This document shows, piece after piece, positions 63,501-64,000 of a DNA stretch of 64,000 bases. The position numbers and the translations under genes were made by a program. The stretch is taken from positions 19,601,562-19,665,561 of the forward strand of contig NC_057719.1 in assembly GCF_004010195.1 (NCBI RefSeq), read 5' to 3'. The DNA comes from Chiloscyllium plagiosum (taxonomy: Eukaryota). Under the pieces are notes generated by a model. That model saw nothing but the letters and a program-made list of their open reading frames with translations. It ran no database searches and was not told where the DNA came from. Position 1 is the first letter of the stretch, and each line of letters starts with the position of its first letter.

Positions 63501-64000
63501 CAATTGATTAGAGATTACAGTCTGAAATTTAAATATTTAAGTACTCACAATAAATTCCATACCTCTATTATGGATTCTAAACAACAGCTTAGTTACAAAA
63601 TTATATGCATTACGTGAAACAAATTTATAAAATTTTCTTTTTTGAATGTGTACCTGAAATGATCATTCGTGTCAATCATAAACAAAGTGAAATGATGCTG
63701 ACACAGCACAGCCTTGTAAAATAGACTGTTGTTTACACACCAATTCATTTCACATGAACTAGTGATCCACTTACTAAATAAATTCTATTTATTCTAAGTT
63801 CCAAAAGGAAATTTGAGTTACAAAGCAACCATGGGTATGGAAATAGAAATCATTATCGTGACTGAAGTTCCAAGATTCAAGCTCGATATATTGCTGAGCA
63901 AAGATTGAGGATGCTAAAATGACAGAAATTCAGAAATAATGTACACAGCCATACCAGTAGTATTTTTGTTGAATTATGTCTTATTTCTCATTTTTTCAAG

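Overview
This is eukaryotic, repeat-dominated, AT-rich genomic DNA with two assembly gaps (908-1412 and 59981-60480). The repeats point to a cartilaginous fish (shark): HE1-like tRNA-derived SINEs, CR1/HER1-type LINE 3' ends, a Deu-domain SINE and Penelope-like elements (PLEs). I can support no intact protein-coding gene, rRNA, true tRNA or CRISPR array. The best-resolved feature is a full-length but decayed Gmr1-type Gypsy LTR retrotransposon (36180-43041) with TCTG target duplications and integrase upstream of RT. It carries two nested insertions and an 83-bp inverted copy of its own gag inside integrase. Many PLE terminal repeats carry minimal hammerhead-ribozyme cores; some are ~95-200 bp insertions with 14-16 bp target duplications or 74-77 bp inverted repeats. 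The most unexpected signal is a TE-fragmented, frameshifted minus-strand reading frame (~57270-61850) whose motif order resembles bacterial-type dynamin-like GTPases. Also notable are recurrent insertion of one poly(A) retroelement at the same site of a short LTR family, a long-TIR TG..CA element, and a hAT transposon nested in a LINE. All calls were made by eye, and boundaries of old repeats are approximate.
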